DNA of 64,000 bases, taken from Malacoraja senta (taxonomy: Eukaryota). Shown here one piece after another: positions 11,940-23,521 of this stretch. Below the pieces are notes generated by a model. It was not told where the DNA came from. It searched no databases and saw only the letters and a program-made list of their open reading frames with translations. A program made the translations under genes and the position numbers. The DNA is taken from NCBI GenBank assembly GCA_038087875.1, contig CM075993.1:1428001-1492000 (forward strand). Reading direction: 5' to 3'. Numbering within the stretch: the first letter of the stretch is position 1; every line of letters starts with the position of its first letter.

Positions 11940-12278
11940 AGATTCAAGAGTGTTTTATTGTCTTTTGTCCCAAAGCCAAAGAATGATATTCATCCTTGCA
12001 ACAGCTCAACCATGTAAAGATAGTATTCTTAATATTCTTAATAAATCACAAAATAAGTTCAGTATAATCAGTTAAACAAATGTCCCCGTCTATGTAGTTT
12101 GGAGCTTATTTGGACGATTATTGTGTTTAATAGCCTGATGGTTGCAGGGAAGAAGCTGTTCTTGAACCTGGACGTTACCGTTTTCAGGCTCCTGTACCTT
12201 CTTCCTGATGGTAGCAGCGAGATGAGAGTGTGGTCAGGGTGGTGTGGGTCTCTGATGATGCTGGCTGCCTTTTTGATT
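11940..12278 (-). mobile_element. Rex1/Babar-type LINE 3' fragment
   Basis: KKAASIIRDPHHPDHTLISLLPSGRRYRSLKTVTSRFKNSFFPATIRLLN. Confidence 0.75.
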
Positions 12279-12876
12279 AGTAACTTCGAGATACAGCATT
12301 GGAATAGGATCTTGGGTCTGTGGCGTCCACGTCGATCATCGATCACCCATTCAACGTAATCCCACTTTCATGTTCGCTCCTGACACATTGGGGGCAATTT
12401 TACAACAGTCAATAAACCTTAAAAACCCTCGCTTCATTGGGATGTGGGAGAAAACTGGAGCACCCGGAGCAAACCCAGGCGGTCAAAGGGGAAATGTGCA
12501 AACTCCACACAGACAGCATCCGAGCGAGGTCAGGACTAAACCGGAGTCTCTGGCGTTGTGAGACACGGCTCCTACAGCTGCTCCATTGCGTCGTCCACTC
12601 CTGAGAGGAATAAGCCATCTCCTGCTTGAAGAGCCATTAAAACCTCTCTGATCCTCCAAATATGGTCTCACGATTGACTTTATGGCGCGGCACAGTGGCG
12701 CAGCAGGTAGTTCCGCTACCTCACAGCGCCAGAGACCCTGGTCTGATGGAGACCAACAACAGCCCGGAACAGATGCCGCTCGCAAGAACTAGGACTTCCA
12801 TTTCAGTCCAAAATCTGTTCGGACTTTGAACATGGAGTCTCCTGCATCCCCTCTCAGTAGATTATTCCTGTACACT

Positions 12877-13204
12877 GGGGCGGCACGGTGGCGCAGCGGT
12901 AGAGTTGCTGCCTCACAGCACCGGAGACCCGGGTTCAATCCTGACTACGGGTGCTGTCTGTACAGAGTTTGTACGTTCTCCCCGTGACCTGCGTGGGTTT
13001 TCTCCGGGATCTACGGTTTCCTCCCACACTCCAAAGACGTACAGGTTTGTAGGTTAATTGGCTTGGGTTGTATACTTAGTACAGGTGTAAAGGGAAAATT
13101 GTCCCTAGTGTGTGTAGGATAGTGTTAACCTGCGGGGATCGCTAGTTGGTGCAGACTTGGTGGGCCGAAGGGCCTGTTTCCACGCTGTATCTCGAAACTA
13201 AACT
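12877..13204 (+). mobile_element. V-SINE (HE1-like), full length
   Basis: ggggcggcacggtggcgcagcggtagagttgctgcctcacagc...gggttcaatcc head, core, and gggccgaagggcctgtttccacgctgtatctcgaaactaaac tail. Confidence 0.85.
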
Positions 13205-13489
13205 TGCTAATCGGGGGTAAGGTGATACTCTACTGGACTGTTCGTACCGAAAGGAATTTCACTGTGTTAACAATGAACGTATGTGACAATATAAAGCACG
13301 ATGACTATTGACCCAGGTTTGATTCTGACCGCGGTTGCTGCCTGTGTGGCATTTACAAGTCCCCCCTGTGACTGCATGAGTTCCTGCGGGTGCTCCAATT
13401 TCCTCCCTGTATCTCCAAAACTAAAATTAAAACACCCTTCCATTGGCACCAATGCTTTAAGCTGCTGAGGCTCCAAGCTCGGGGAATTT

Positions 13490-13920
13490 CTCCCCTTCCC
13501 TCTCTCCTCTCTCCTCTCTCCTCCCCTCTCCCCTCTCCCTCTCCCCTCTCCCCTCTCCCCTCTCTCCTCTCCCCTCTCTCCTCTCTCCTCTCCCTTTCCC
13601 TCTCCCCTCTCCCTTTCCCTCTCCCCTCTCTCCTCCCCTCTCCCCTCTCCCTTTCCCTCTCCCTCTCCTCTCTCCCCTCTCCCTTTCCCTCTCCCCTCTC
13701 CCCTCTCCTCTCCCCTCTGTCCTCTCCCCTCTCCCCTCTCTCCTCTCCCTTTCCCTCTCCCCTCTCCCCTTTCCCTCTCCCTTCTCCCCTCTCCCTCTCC
13801 TCTCTCCCTTTCCCTCTCCCCTTTCTCCCCTCTCCCTTTCCCTCTCTCCTCTCCCTCTCCCCTCTCCCCTCTCTCCTCTCCCCTCTCCCCTCTCCCCTCT
13901 CCCCTCTCTCCCCTCTCCTT
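13490..13920. repeat. Polypyrimidine (CT-rich) low-complexity tract
   Basis: About 430 nt of almost only C and T. Confidence 0.95.
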
Positions 13921-14387
13921 AAAAAACCTGCGTCCCCTGTTCTAACCTGTGCTCACCTTTTCCTACTATCCCCTATAAAGCACCTCAGGTTTTTACCAGG
14001 TTAAAGGGGCAAACACTGTTTCATGAATAAAGTTACGAACACTATTAATTTGTGCTTTCTATGTTAGAGGCAGCAGCATAAATGTGTCTGCTTTGTGAAG
14101 TTCTCTCACAAATTAGCTTGACAATTAAGGAGTGGTCATGTAAGTCACAGGTCCTCACTGCCATGAAAAGCACTTGTGTAAACTGAGAGGCTGAGCACAT
14201 TTGCTCATTGTCTGAGAATGGGCTTGTTCTCTTATTCTGAGGTTATCTAAATAAACTATGCTAGAATAATTGCACTCATTGAAGCTGGCGTAAGCAATCT
14301 GCGCTGCAATAAGTTTAGGACACGGGCTCGCTGTAAAGACACAACCTCATCCCGCAAAATCTTCGACTGCCCGAGCATTTTCCCAGT

Positions 14388-14695
14388 CGGGGAATCGAGG
14401 AACAGAGGACATAGGTTCAAGGTGAAGGAGAAAAGATTTAATAGGAATCTGAGGGGTAACATTTTTCACACAAAGGGTGGTGGGTGTATGGATCGAGCTG
14501 CCAGAGGAGGTAGTTGAAGTGGGGACTATCCCGACGTTTAAGAAACAGTTGGACAGGTACATGGATAGGACAGGTTTGGAGGGATATGGACCAAACGCAG
14601 GCAGGTGGGACTAGTGTAGCTGGGACATGTTGGCCTGTGTGGGCAAGTTGGGCCAAAGGGCCTGTTTCCACACTGTATCACTCTGTAACTGTGTG
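14388..14695 (+). mobile_element. CR1/HER1-type LINE 3' end
   Basis: agaggacataggttcaaggtgaag...ttttcacacaaagggtggtgggtgtatgg... plus tail. Confidence 0.8.
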
Positions 14696-14822
14696 ACCCT
14701 CCCTACAAATCTTCAACTCCACCGAACACCCTGTAACCCCGAAGAATGGATAGGTGACTGAGGTACCGTGAAAAGGTGATTTGTTGCGTGCTATCCAGTC
14801 AGCGGAAAGACTATACGTGATT

Positions 14823-15122
14823 AGAGAGAGAGTGAGGGGGGGTGGGGAGAGAGTGAGGGGGGTTGGAGAGAGAGTGAGGGGGTGGGGAGAGAGTGAGGGG
14901 GGGTGAGGAGAGTGAGGGGGTGGGGAGAGAGTGAGGGGTGGGGGAGAGAGTGAGGGTGGGTGGGGAGAGAGTGAGGGGGGTGGGGAGAGAGTGAGGGGGG
15001 TTTGGGAGAGAGTGAGAGGGGGTGGGGAGAGAGTGAGGGTGGGTGGGGAGAGAGTAAGGGGGGGGTGGGGAGAGAGTGAGAGGGAGTGGGAGAGAGTGAG
15101 GTGGGTGGGGAGAGAGTGAGGG
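14823..15122. repeat. G/A-rich minisatellite (gagagagtgagggggg-type) running into an assembly gap
   Basis: Repeated ggggagagagtgagggg units; N-run 15123-15322 follows. Confidence 0.9.
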
Positions 15123-15344
15123 NNNNNNNNNNNNNNNNNNNNNNNNNNNNNNNNNNNNNNNNNNNNNNNNNNNNNNNNNNNNNNNNNNNNNNNNNNNNNN
15201 NNNNNNNNNNNNNNNNNNNNNNNNNNNNNNNNNNNNNNNNNNNNNNNNNNNNNNNNNNNNNNNNNNNNNNNNNNNNNNNNNNNNNNNNNNNNNNNNNNNN
15301 NNNNNNNNNNNNNNNNNNNNNNGGGTGAAAGAGCGTCTCTACAG

Positions 15345-15600
15345 AACGGTGGCGCAGCGGTAGAGTCGCTGCCTACAGCGCTGCCTTACAGCGCCGGAGA
15401 CCCAGGTTCGATCCCGACTACGGGTGCTGTCTGTACGGAGTATGTACGTTCTCCCCGTGACCTGCGTGGATTTTCTCCGAGATCTTCGGTTTCCTCCCAA
15501 ACTCCAAATACCTACAGGTTTGCAGGTTAATTGGCTTGGGTTTGTATACTTAGTACAGGTGGAAAGGAAAAATTGTCCCTAGTGTGTGTAGGATAGTGTT
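15345..15600 (+). mobile_element. V-SINE (HE1-like)
   Basis: acggtggcgcagcggtagagtcgctgcc...ggttcgatcccgactacgggtgctgtctgtacggag core. Confidence 0.8.
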
Positions 15601-15624
15601 GTATCTGTGTGTGTGTGTGTGTGT

Positions 15625-15665
<41 letters not shown>

Positions 15666-16005
15666 TGTGTCTGTGTGTGTGCGTGTGTGTCTGTGTCTGT
15701 GTGTGCGTGTGTGTGTGTGCGTGTGTCTGTGGTGTGTCTGTGTGTATGTGTGTGTGTCTGTTTGTGTCTGCGTGTGTCTGTTGTGTCTGTGTGTGTATGT
15801 GTGTGTGTCTGTTTGTGTCTGTGTGTGTCTGTTTGTGTCTGTTTGTGTCTGTGTGTGTGTCTGTTTGTGTCTGTGTGTGTCTGTGTGTGTCTGTTTGTGT
15901 CTGTGTGTGTATGTGTGTGTGTCTGTTTGTGTCTGTGTGTGTCTGTTTATGTCTGTGTGTGTCTGTGTGTGTCTGTGTGTGTAAGTCTACATGTCTGTGT
16001 CTGTG
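15601..16005. repeat. Compound (TG)n/(TGTC)n microsatellite
   Basis: Directly visible. Confidence 0.95.
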
Positions 16006-16784
16006 TGAATAAATATTTGTATATGTTGAACGTGCCGCTCTGAAAGTAGCCACGTTTCAATCACTGCCAATGCTCTCTGACTGTGGCCACACTAGTCTTA
16101 GACGTGACCACAGAGTCATGAAAGTCACGAGCTAAAAGAACCACAGAGAAACAAAGGGTGAAGAAGCAATGGCAATACTTTTATTATATTGCAGAAGAGT
16201 ATAAAGCTGACTTTGCTGTCATTACAATGAAGTATAATAATGCCTGTAAACATACTGGCCAGTGACTAACTTGTATTTTCAAGAAAGAACTCTAAATTAA
16301 TAAGGCATAGGGTGTGACGGTGTTTCAACACTGACAATATAATTATAACACTCAATTCACAATGATCAAATGTCATTCTGTACACCATCGCATCATAACT
16401 TTAATTAACAAACAGTGAGAGCTGCAGGTCAGTTTGCTGATGCTTTTGTAAAGGGAATCTTGCATGGAAGCATCTAAGTTATAAATACCGAGACATGAGG
16501 AACTGCAGATGCTGCCGCACACAAAAAAGTGACAAGTGCTGGAGTAACTCAGCAGGTCAGGCAGCATCTCTGGAGGACATGGATAGGTGATGTTTCGGGT
16601 CGAGACTCTTTTTCAGACTGATTTTGTGGGGGGTGGAAGGTGGGGGGAGGAGGAGGGGGGGGGGAGGAGGGGCGGGAAGAAAGCTGGGCGAGAGGATAGA
16701 CAGGACAATATGTGGCAGGTAAGAGGTTGTTAGTTCTGATTGCAGTCATGTTTCTGTGCGAACACCAAAGTCATATTTCCATGT

Positions 16785-17200
16785 GAAGTCACAGTCATAC
16801 AGCATGGAAACAGGCCCTTCAGCCCAACTTGCCCACACCAAACCAACATGTCCCAGCTACACTAGTCACAGTGTCATACAGCATGGAAACAGGCCCTTCG
16901 GCCCAACTTGCCCACACCGGCCAACATGTCCCAGCTACACTAGTCACAGTGTCATACAGCATGGAAACAGGCCCTTCGGCCCAACTTGCCCACACCAACC
17001 AACATGTCCCAACTACTAGTCCCACCTGCCTGCGTTTGGCCCATATCCCTCCAAATCTGTCCTATCCTTGTACCTATCTAAATGTGGGATAGTCCCAGCC
17101 TCAAATACCTCCTCTGGCAGCTCATTCCATAGAACCACCGCCCTTTGTGTGAAAAAGTTACCCTTTAGATTCCTATTAAATCTTTTCCCCTTCACCTTGT
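16785..17200 (-). mobile_element. CR1/HER1-type LINE 3' end with a triplicated 78-nt tail
   Basis: Unit gtcacagtgtcatacagcatggaaacaggccc...agctacacta at about 16788, 16865 and 16943, continuing into the LINE body. Confidence 0.8.
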
Positions 17201-17984
17201 GAGGATGGACACCAAATCCTGGAGTAACTCAGGTGGTCAGGCAGCATCTCTGGAGAGAAGGAATAGGTAACTTTCAGATCGAGACCCTTCTTCAGTGTCA
17301 CCTATTCCTTTCATCCAGAGATGCTGCCTGACTCGCTGAGTTACTCCAGCATTTTGTGTCTATATTTGGTGTAAACCAGCATCTGCAGTTCCTTCCCACA
17401 CATATTTCCATGCACTGATCAACTCTCCAAGTCTATTTGCTTTGCTAAATGGCTCCTTGCCTTAAAATAAATGCAATTTAGTCCTATATTCACACCCAAT
17501 TTTGCTCTGCCCATGGACTGATTTAGTAAGGATGGCCTTAATATTTAAATATTTGTACTTTTGAATACTGAATATTTGAATTGTTCATTATTTGGCAACT
17601 TCCCCTCACTCTGTGGCACGCTGCCCTGCTGAGTTATTTAAAACTCTCCTGAAATCAGGCACCTCACTAAATTAGTATTGCTATTTGTGGAAGCTTATTT
17701 TTGCCACAACACGTCCTGTTTTATTGTAAAATCTCATGTCACACAGGGAAAGATTTGCAAATCTAAAATAACCTCACATGATGCAACTCTATGGGCACTC
17801 GGTCTGGCTGCATTTGGAGTATTGCGTGCATTTTTGGTTGAACCATTACAGGACTGGTGCGAAGGCTTGTAGAGTTGTATAAGATCATGAAAGGCATAGA
17901 TAAGGTACATGCAAAGACCATAGTAGGGGAATCAAGAACCATAGGTTGAAGGTGAGGGGGGTAAATATTTAATAGGAATCTGTG

Positions 17985-18460
17985 TCATAGAGTTGTGGAG
18001 TCACAGAGTGATACAGTGTGGAAGCAGGCCCTTCGGCCCAACTTGCCCACACCGGCCAACATGTCCCAGCTACACTAGTCATAGAGTGATACAGTGTGGA
18101 AGCAGGCCCTTCGGCCCAACTTGCCCACACCGGCCAACATGTCCCAGCTACACTAGTCATAGAGTGATACAGTGTGGAAACAGGCCCTTCGGCCCAACTT
18201 GTCCACACCGGCCAACATGTCCCAGCTACACTAGTCATAGAGTGATACAGTGTGGAACAGGCCCTTCAGCCCAACTTGCCCACACCGGCCAACATGTCCC
18301 AGCTACACTAGTCATACAGTGTGGAAACAGGCCCTTCAGCCCACCTTGCCCACACCGGCCAACATGTCCCAGCTACACTAGTCACAGAGTGATACAGTGT
18401 GGGAAACAGGCCCTTCGGCCCAACTTGCCCACACCGGCCAACAGGTCCCAGCTACACTAT
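17985..18460 (-). repeat. Tandem array of about six 78-nt LINE-tail units
   Basis: Unit gtcatagagtgatacagtgtggaa(g/a)caggcccttcggcccaacttgcccacaccggccaacatgtcccagctacacta; starts at 18000, 18078 and onward. Confidence 0.9.
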
Positions 18461-18878
18461 GTGTTTGGCCCATATCCCTCCAAAACCTGGTCTATGCATG
18501 TACCTGGTGAAAACTGTTTACACAAAGGATGGTGGGTGTACGGAACAAGCTGCTGGAGTAGATAGTTGAGGTAGGGACTATGATGACATTTCAAAAACAT
18601 TTGGACAGGTACATGGATTCTAGGGTAGGTTTAGGGGGTATGGGTGAAATGCAGGCAGGTGGGACTAGTGTGGTTGGGTCATCTTGGTTGGCATGGACAA
18701 GATGGGTCGAAGGGCCTGTTTCCAAGCTCTATGGCTCTATGAGGCGTGGTGTTTGTCAGCCAATATTCACGCTGCAAATTCCTACATACAGCAGTGTTGT
18801 GGCAACCTGATGTTCAGGTATTGTGGTGAGGAATAAATCTGAAGATACACATGGAATGCTGGAGTAACTCCTGGTTAC

Positions 18879-19206
18879 TGTGGCACGGTGGGGCAGCGGT
18901 AGAGTTGCTGCCTTACAGCACTGCAGCGCCGGAGACCCCGGTTCGGTCCCGACTACGGGTGCTGTCTATACGGAGTTTGCACGTTCTCCCCGTGACCTGC
19001 GTGGGTTTCCTCCGAGATCTTCGGTTTCCTTCCACACTCCAAAGACGTGCAGGTTTGTAGGTTAATTGGCTTGGCATAAATGTAACTTGTCCCTAGTGTG
19101 TGTAGGGTAGTGTTAGTGTGTGTGGATCGCTGGTCGGCGTTGACTCGGTGGGCCGAAGGGCCTGTTTCCACGCTGTATCTCTAAACTAAACTAAACTAAA
19201 CTAAAC
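18879..19206 (+). mobile_element. V-SINE (HE1-like) inserted into a Penelope-derived repeat
   Basis: Head, core and (ctaaa)n tail; flanked by tgctggagtaactc on the left and aactcagcgggtcaggcagc on the right. Confidence 0.85.
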
Positions 19207-20514
19207 TCAGCGGGTCAGGCAGCATCCCTGGAGAGAAGGAATTGGTGATGTTTTGGGTCGAGACCCTTCTTCAGACTTCTTTAGTGGAATAAACCTGCCC
19301 TGGCTTTCTGGAGATTGAGACTGAAACAATGCAATGGAACTTTGCTATTAATATGAGCAAACACCTGAAGCCTCGCTGAATCATCTGGCTTCACATCACA
19401 CCACTTCTCCCCTGTATCTTATGCCCTTTGGTCTCCTGTTCTCTAGTCTTTGTCCATCTCTCTGCCAATCAATTACCCTCACCAGTATCCACCTATCACT
19501 TGCCAGGTTTTGTCCCACCTCATCAATTTTCCAGTTTTCTCTCCCCCCTCCCCCCCCCCCCCCCCCCCCCACACTGAAGAAAGGTCTCGACCCGAAACAT
19601 CACCTTGTCCATTCCCTTCAGAAAGACTGCCTGACCTGCTGAGTTCCTCCAGTACATTGGGCTCTACGCAAGATTCCAGTATCTGCAGTTTCCTCACCGC
19701 CATTTTGTCTTAGTTTATCGTGGCTTGGGTAAGGGATATCAGGCACCTCATTCTACAGACCATCGTGTAGTGGTGCAGCTTGTATACTTCCGAGCCTCAA
19801 ACACAAATTGATTAAAAAACTCAAGGAGTATGGGGTTAGTGCAAGGAAGTGGCGCTGAGGGAACGGATCAGCTGTAGTCTTGTGGAATGCTAGAACAAGA
19901 ACCAGGGGCTGAATGGCCTCCAGTACTTTCCAGTACTAAAGGTGTTACGGAGCACGACAGGATGCCATAACTAGTAGGTTCTAGACAGGCAGGGTTCAAT
20001 TATGCTTGGACCAAATGTCTGTTGATACCTTCAGAGGCCACTGGTAAACTGCAGGGTGCGGAGAAGATTTACGAGTGTGTTGCCAGGACTTGTCTGAGTT
20101 ACAGGGAGAGGTGCGGGCAGGCTAAGACTTTATTTCTTGGAGGGCAGGATGAGACTTGATCTTATAGTGGTGTAAAAGATAGAGAGGGGAATAGATACGG
20201 TGGATACACAGAGCCTTTTACTCAGAGTAGGGGAATCAATAACCAGAAGACATTGGTTTAAGTTGAGAGGGGCAAGATTTAATGGGAACCTGACTGGGAA
20301 ACTTTTTCTACGCAAAGGGTGGCGGGTGTATGGAACGAGCTGCCAGAGGAGGTAGTTGAGGCAGGGACTATAAACCTGGGGCTCACCTGGTTTAAGCTCC
20401 GCTCCAGAAGACTGAACATGTGGACCAGACTGGTCTTTGCAAATGGCGCCAATAGGTAGCGACTCTTGCCTGGGTCTCAGTCGACTATTTCTGTGCATTT
20501 CTACAATTTTTTAA

Positions 20515-20812
20515 TATTAGAGATACAGCGCGGAAACAGGCCCCTCGGCCGACCGGGTCGCGCCGACCAGCGATCCCCACACATTAACACTACCCTACAC
20601 CCAATTTTTACATTTACACCGAGCCAATTAACCTACAAACCTGTTCGTCTTTGGAGTGTGGGAGGAAAGCGAAGATCTCGGAATAAACCCACGCAGATCA
20701 CGGGGAGAATGTACAAACTCCGTACAGACAGCACCTGTAGTCAGGATCGAACCCGGGTCTCCGGCGCTGCATTCGCTGGAAGGCAGCAACTCTACCGTTG
20801 CGCCACCGTGAC
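20515..20812 (-). mobile_element. V-SINE (HE1-like)
   Basis: Reverse complement of the consensus head, core and tail. Confidence 0.8.
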
Positions 20813-22534
20813 TAATCGGGGATTGTGCTTTAATGGCAATACTTTACTGAACTGTACACAATAAAAAAGGAACTTAATTGTGTGGCTGTACATGTAATAA
20901 TAAAGAACCATAGATCCATTGAAGGTAGACAAAAATGCTGGAGAAACTCAGCGGGTGAGGCAGCATCTATGGAGCGAAGGAAAGAGGCGATGTTTCGGGT
21001 CGAGACCCTTCTTCAGACTCAAATCTGAAACGTCGCCTATTTCCTTCACTCCATAGATGCTGCCTCACCCGCTGAGTTTCTCCAGCATTTTTGTCTACCA
21101 TAGACCCATTGAAGATATTTGGACAGGTACATGATGGGAGAGTTTTGGAGCGATATGGGGAAAACGTGGGCAGGTGGGACTATTGTAGGAAGGGGCATCT
21201 GGGTTGGCATGGGCAACCTGGGCCGAAGGGCCTGTTTCCGTGCTGCCTGACTCAATGATGGAACCCAAACAAGATGACAGAGAAAATGTAATTTAAAGAT
21301 TAGTGAGGACTGGAAAAATGCAGTCAACCCACCTGAAGGAGTGGTGGGACCAGTTCAACTGGAATTCCACCGGTCTTTGTCAGCCTCATTGCTTGAGAGC
21401 CTCAAGGAGAAAAGACAGAGAGACAAGCGTCATGATACCACGAAACAGGACACCTCCCATTGCCACATAAGGAACCTGTTACTATATCACAAAAATCATA
21501 ACCAATGTGGATCAGAAGGAGCAGGTATCAGTCGGGGAGATAACCTGTCCCAGCCAACAATCCCGAAGTACTTCTTCAATCAACGTTCGAATTTGAGAAA
21601 GGATTAAGCATTGGAAGAGTTTATTTCAACAAGAGGTAATTCTGTGGATATTTTCTATATTATTCTATCTTTCAGGCTAAAAGTCTTTTTGGTGGTTATC
21701 TTTTTATAAATTTTGATATGCATACATGCGGAGAAGATAAGAATTGAATACCTGTCTAATTATCTGCATGGTATTTTGTTATTTGGTTATGTGTGGTCAA
21801 TGGAAAATTATGTGTGGTCAATTGTCAGAATTTAAGAGGTTTTAAAAACAAATCTGTGTTCATTCGATTTATTGATATGAATGATTTGAGAACCAGTTTA
21901 CAAATACTGTGTTGCTGTATTTATGTGTTCAATATATTGGATCCCCATTGTGAAACTATTGCAGACTTGAAACGCATGATATCTAGGTATAGAGTGTTAG
22001 AAAGAACAACTCCCAAGTGAACTAAAGCAGGTCAAAGCAATAAATCATCTTTGATCTGAGATGAAAAGGAATTATGTTGTTAAGAAAATTAAGTTGAATT
22101 TCTAATGCAGTCATAACATTTTAAAATTCAGGTCTATAACACCTGTTACAAATGCCTCCGAACATTTCCATTGAAGGGAGATTCAGTGCACGTGTGAATT
22201 TCAATTCACAAACTTGTGATTGTAGTTCTCGATCATCAAAAGCCAACATCATCCACGGCATTTATGAGGAAAACTGTCATAGATTATTTGGGAAAGACAG
22301 AAAGTGCTGGAGTAACTCAGCGGGTCAGACAGTATCCCTGGAGAACACGGATAGGTGACGATGTTTCGGGTCGGGGACCCTTCTGCAGACTGGCGGAGTG
22401 GGGGGTGGGGGTGGAACAGGACACCAGGTGCTGTTGTAACTCAGCGTGAGATTTCGCAGTGGAGCAGAAAACCAAGGAGCTGAGTTTAGTGTCTTTCTCA
22501 GGAACGGTTTACAAAAAAAATTACACAAAGTACT

Positions 22535-22676
22535 TCTTCCTCTTCTTGCGTATGGCGTACACAGCTTAAAGTTGTAGGACAACTTGTTCTATTTCATCTT
22601 ACTTGATTGTGCGCGCCAGGTTGATTGCATTCGTCGAAACAGGGCGGACCACGTGAAGGTTGCAATCTCCCACCCC
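22535..22676 (-). mobile_element. Short non-autonomous retroposon (142 bp) with a 5' HDV-like ribozyme and (GAA)n tail
   Basis: 11-bp TSD cacaaagtact at 22524-22534 and 22678-22688; minus-strand 3' end ...cgccatacgcaagaagaggaaga; no tRNA head. Confidence 0.85.
22623..22676 (-). ncRNA. Minimal HDV-like self-cleaving ribozyme (predicted, 54 nt)
   Basis: GGGGUGG(P1) GA GAUUGCA(P2) ACC(P3) UUCACGU(L3) GGU(P3') CCGCCCU(P1') G UUUCGA CGAA(J4/2) UGCAAUC(P2'); G1-U wobble; all helices pair. Confidence 0.85.
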
Positions 22677-22859
22677 TCACAAAGTACTGAATCAGTCTGA
22701 AGAAAGGTCCCAACCCGAAACATCACCAATCCATGTTCTTCAGGGATGCTGCTTGACCCGCTGAGTTACTCCAGTATTTTGCGTCTTTCCTTGGTAAAAC
22801 AGCATCTACAGTTGCTTGTTTCTCCACATATTACAGTATTTGCCACAGAAATATCAGTG

Positions 22860-23335
22860 GAGTAAGGGTGTCGACCCGAGACGTCGCCTATCCATGTTCT
22901 CCACAGATGCTGCCTGACCCGCTGAGTTACTCCAGCACTCTGTGAAATGTCATCTATCCATGTTCTCCACAGATGCTGCCTGACCCGCTGAGTTACTCCA
23001 GCACCTCTGTGAAACGTCACCTATCCATGTTCCGGCAGCATCTATGGAGCGAAGGAAATAGGCAATGTTTCGGCCCGAAACCCTTCTGGGTTTCGGCCCG
23101 AAACGTTGCCTATTTCCTTCAGGGTTTCGGCCCGAAAGGTTGCCCATTTCCTTCGCTCCACAGATGCTGCCTGACCCGCTGAGTTACTCCAGCACTTTGT
23201 GAAACGTCACCTATCCATGTTCTCCACCGATGCTGCCTGACCCGCTGAGTTACTCCAGCACTCTGTGAAACATCACCTATCCATGTTCTCCACCGATGCT
23301 GCCTGACCCGCTGAGTTACTCCAGCACTCTGGGCC
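22860..23335. repeat. Tandem ~66-nt Penelope-derived units with an internal fold-back
   Basis: Unit gtgaaacgtcacctatccatgttctccacagatgctgcctgacccgctgagttactccagcactct repeated about 5 times. Confidence 0.8.
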
Positions 23336-23521
23336 ATTTTTTTTAAATCAGTGGAGTAAAGTTCAGCTTATGCTTAGTTTTACTGTGTGGTTTACAAAGT
23401 AATATCTCAGATAATTTGAAAAACACGCTTAGTTTCACACCTTCCCCTTTTCTTATCTCCCTAGAAGCATCATCTACCCAAAGTGTTAACCCTATTTCAA
23501 TAGATAATAGACAATAGACAA

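Noticed and set aside
12877..12955. tRNA genes at SINE heads
   Set aside because: They continue into the V-core and LINE tail and do not form complete cloverleaves.
13390..16053. ORFs of 125-204 aa rich in L/S/P, V/C or H/T
   Set aside because: Translations of CT and TG microsatellites.
17993..18565. 190-aa repetitive Cys/Pro-rich ORF
   Set aside because: Translation of the tandem 78-nt LINE-tail array.
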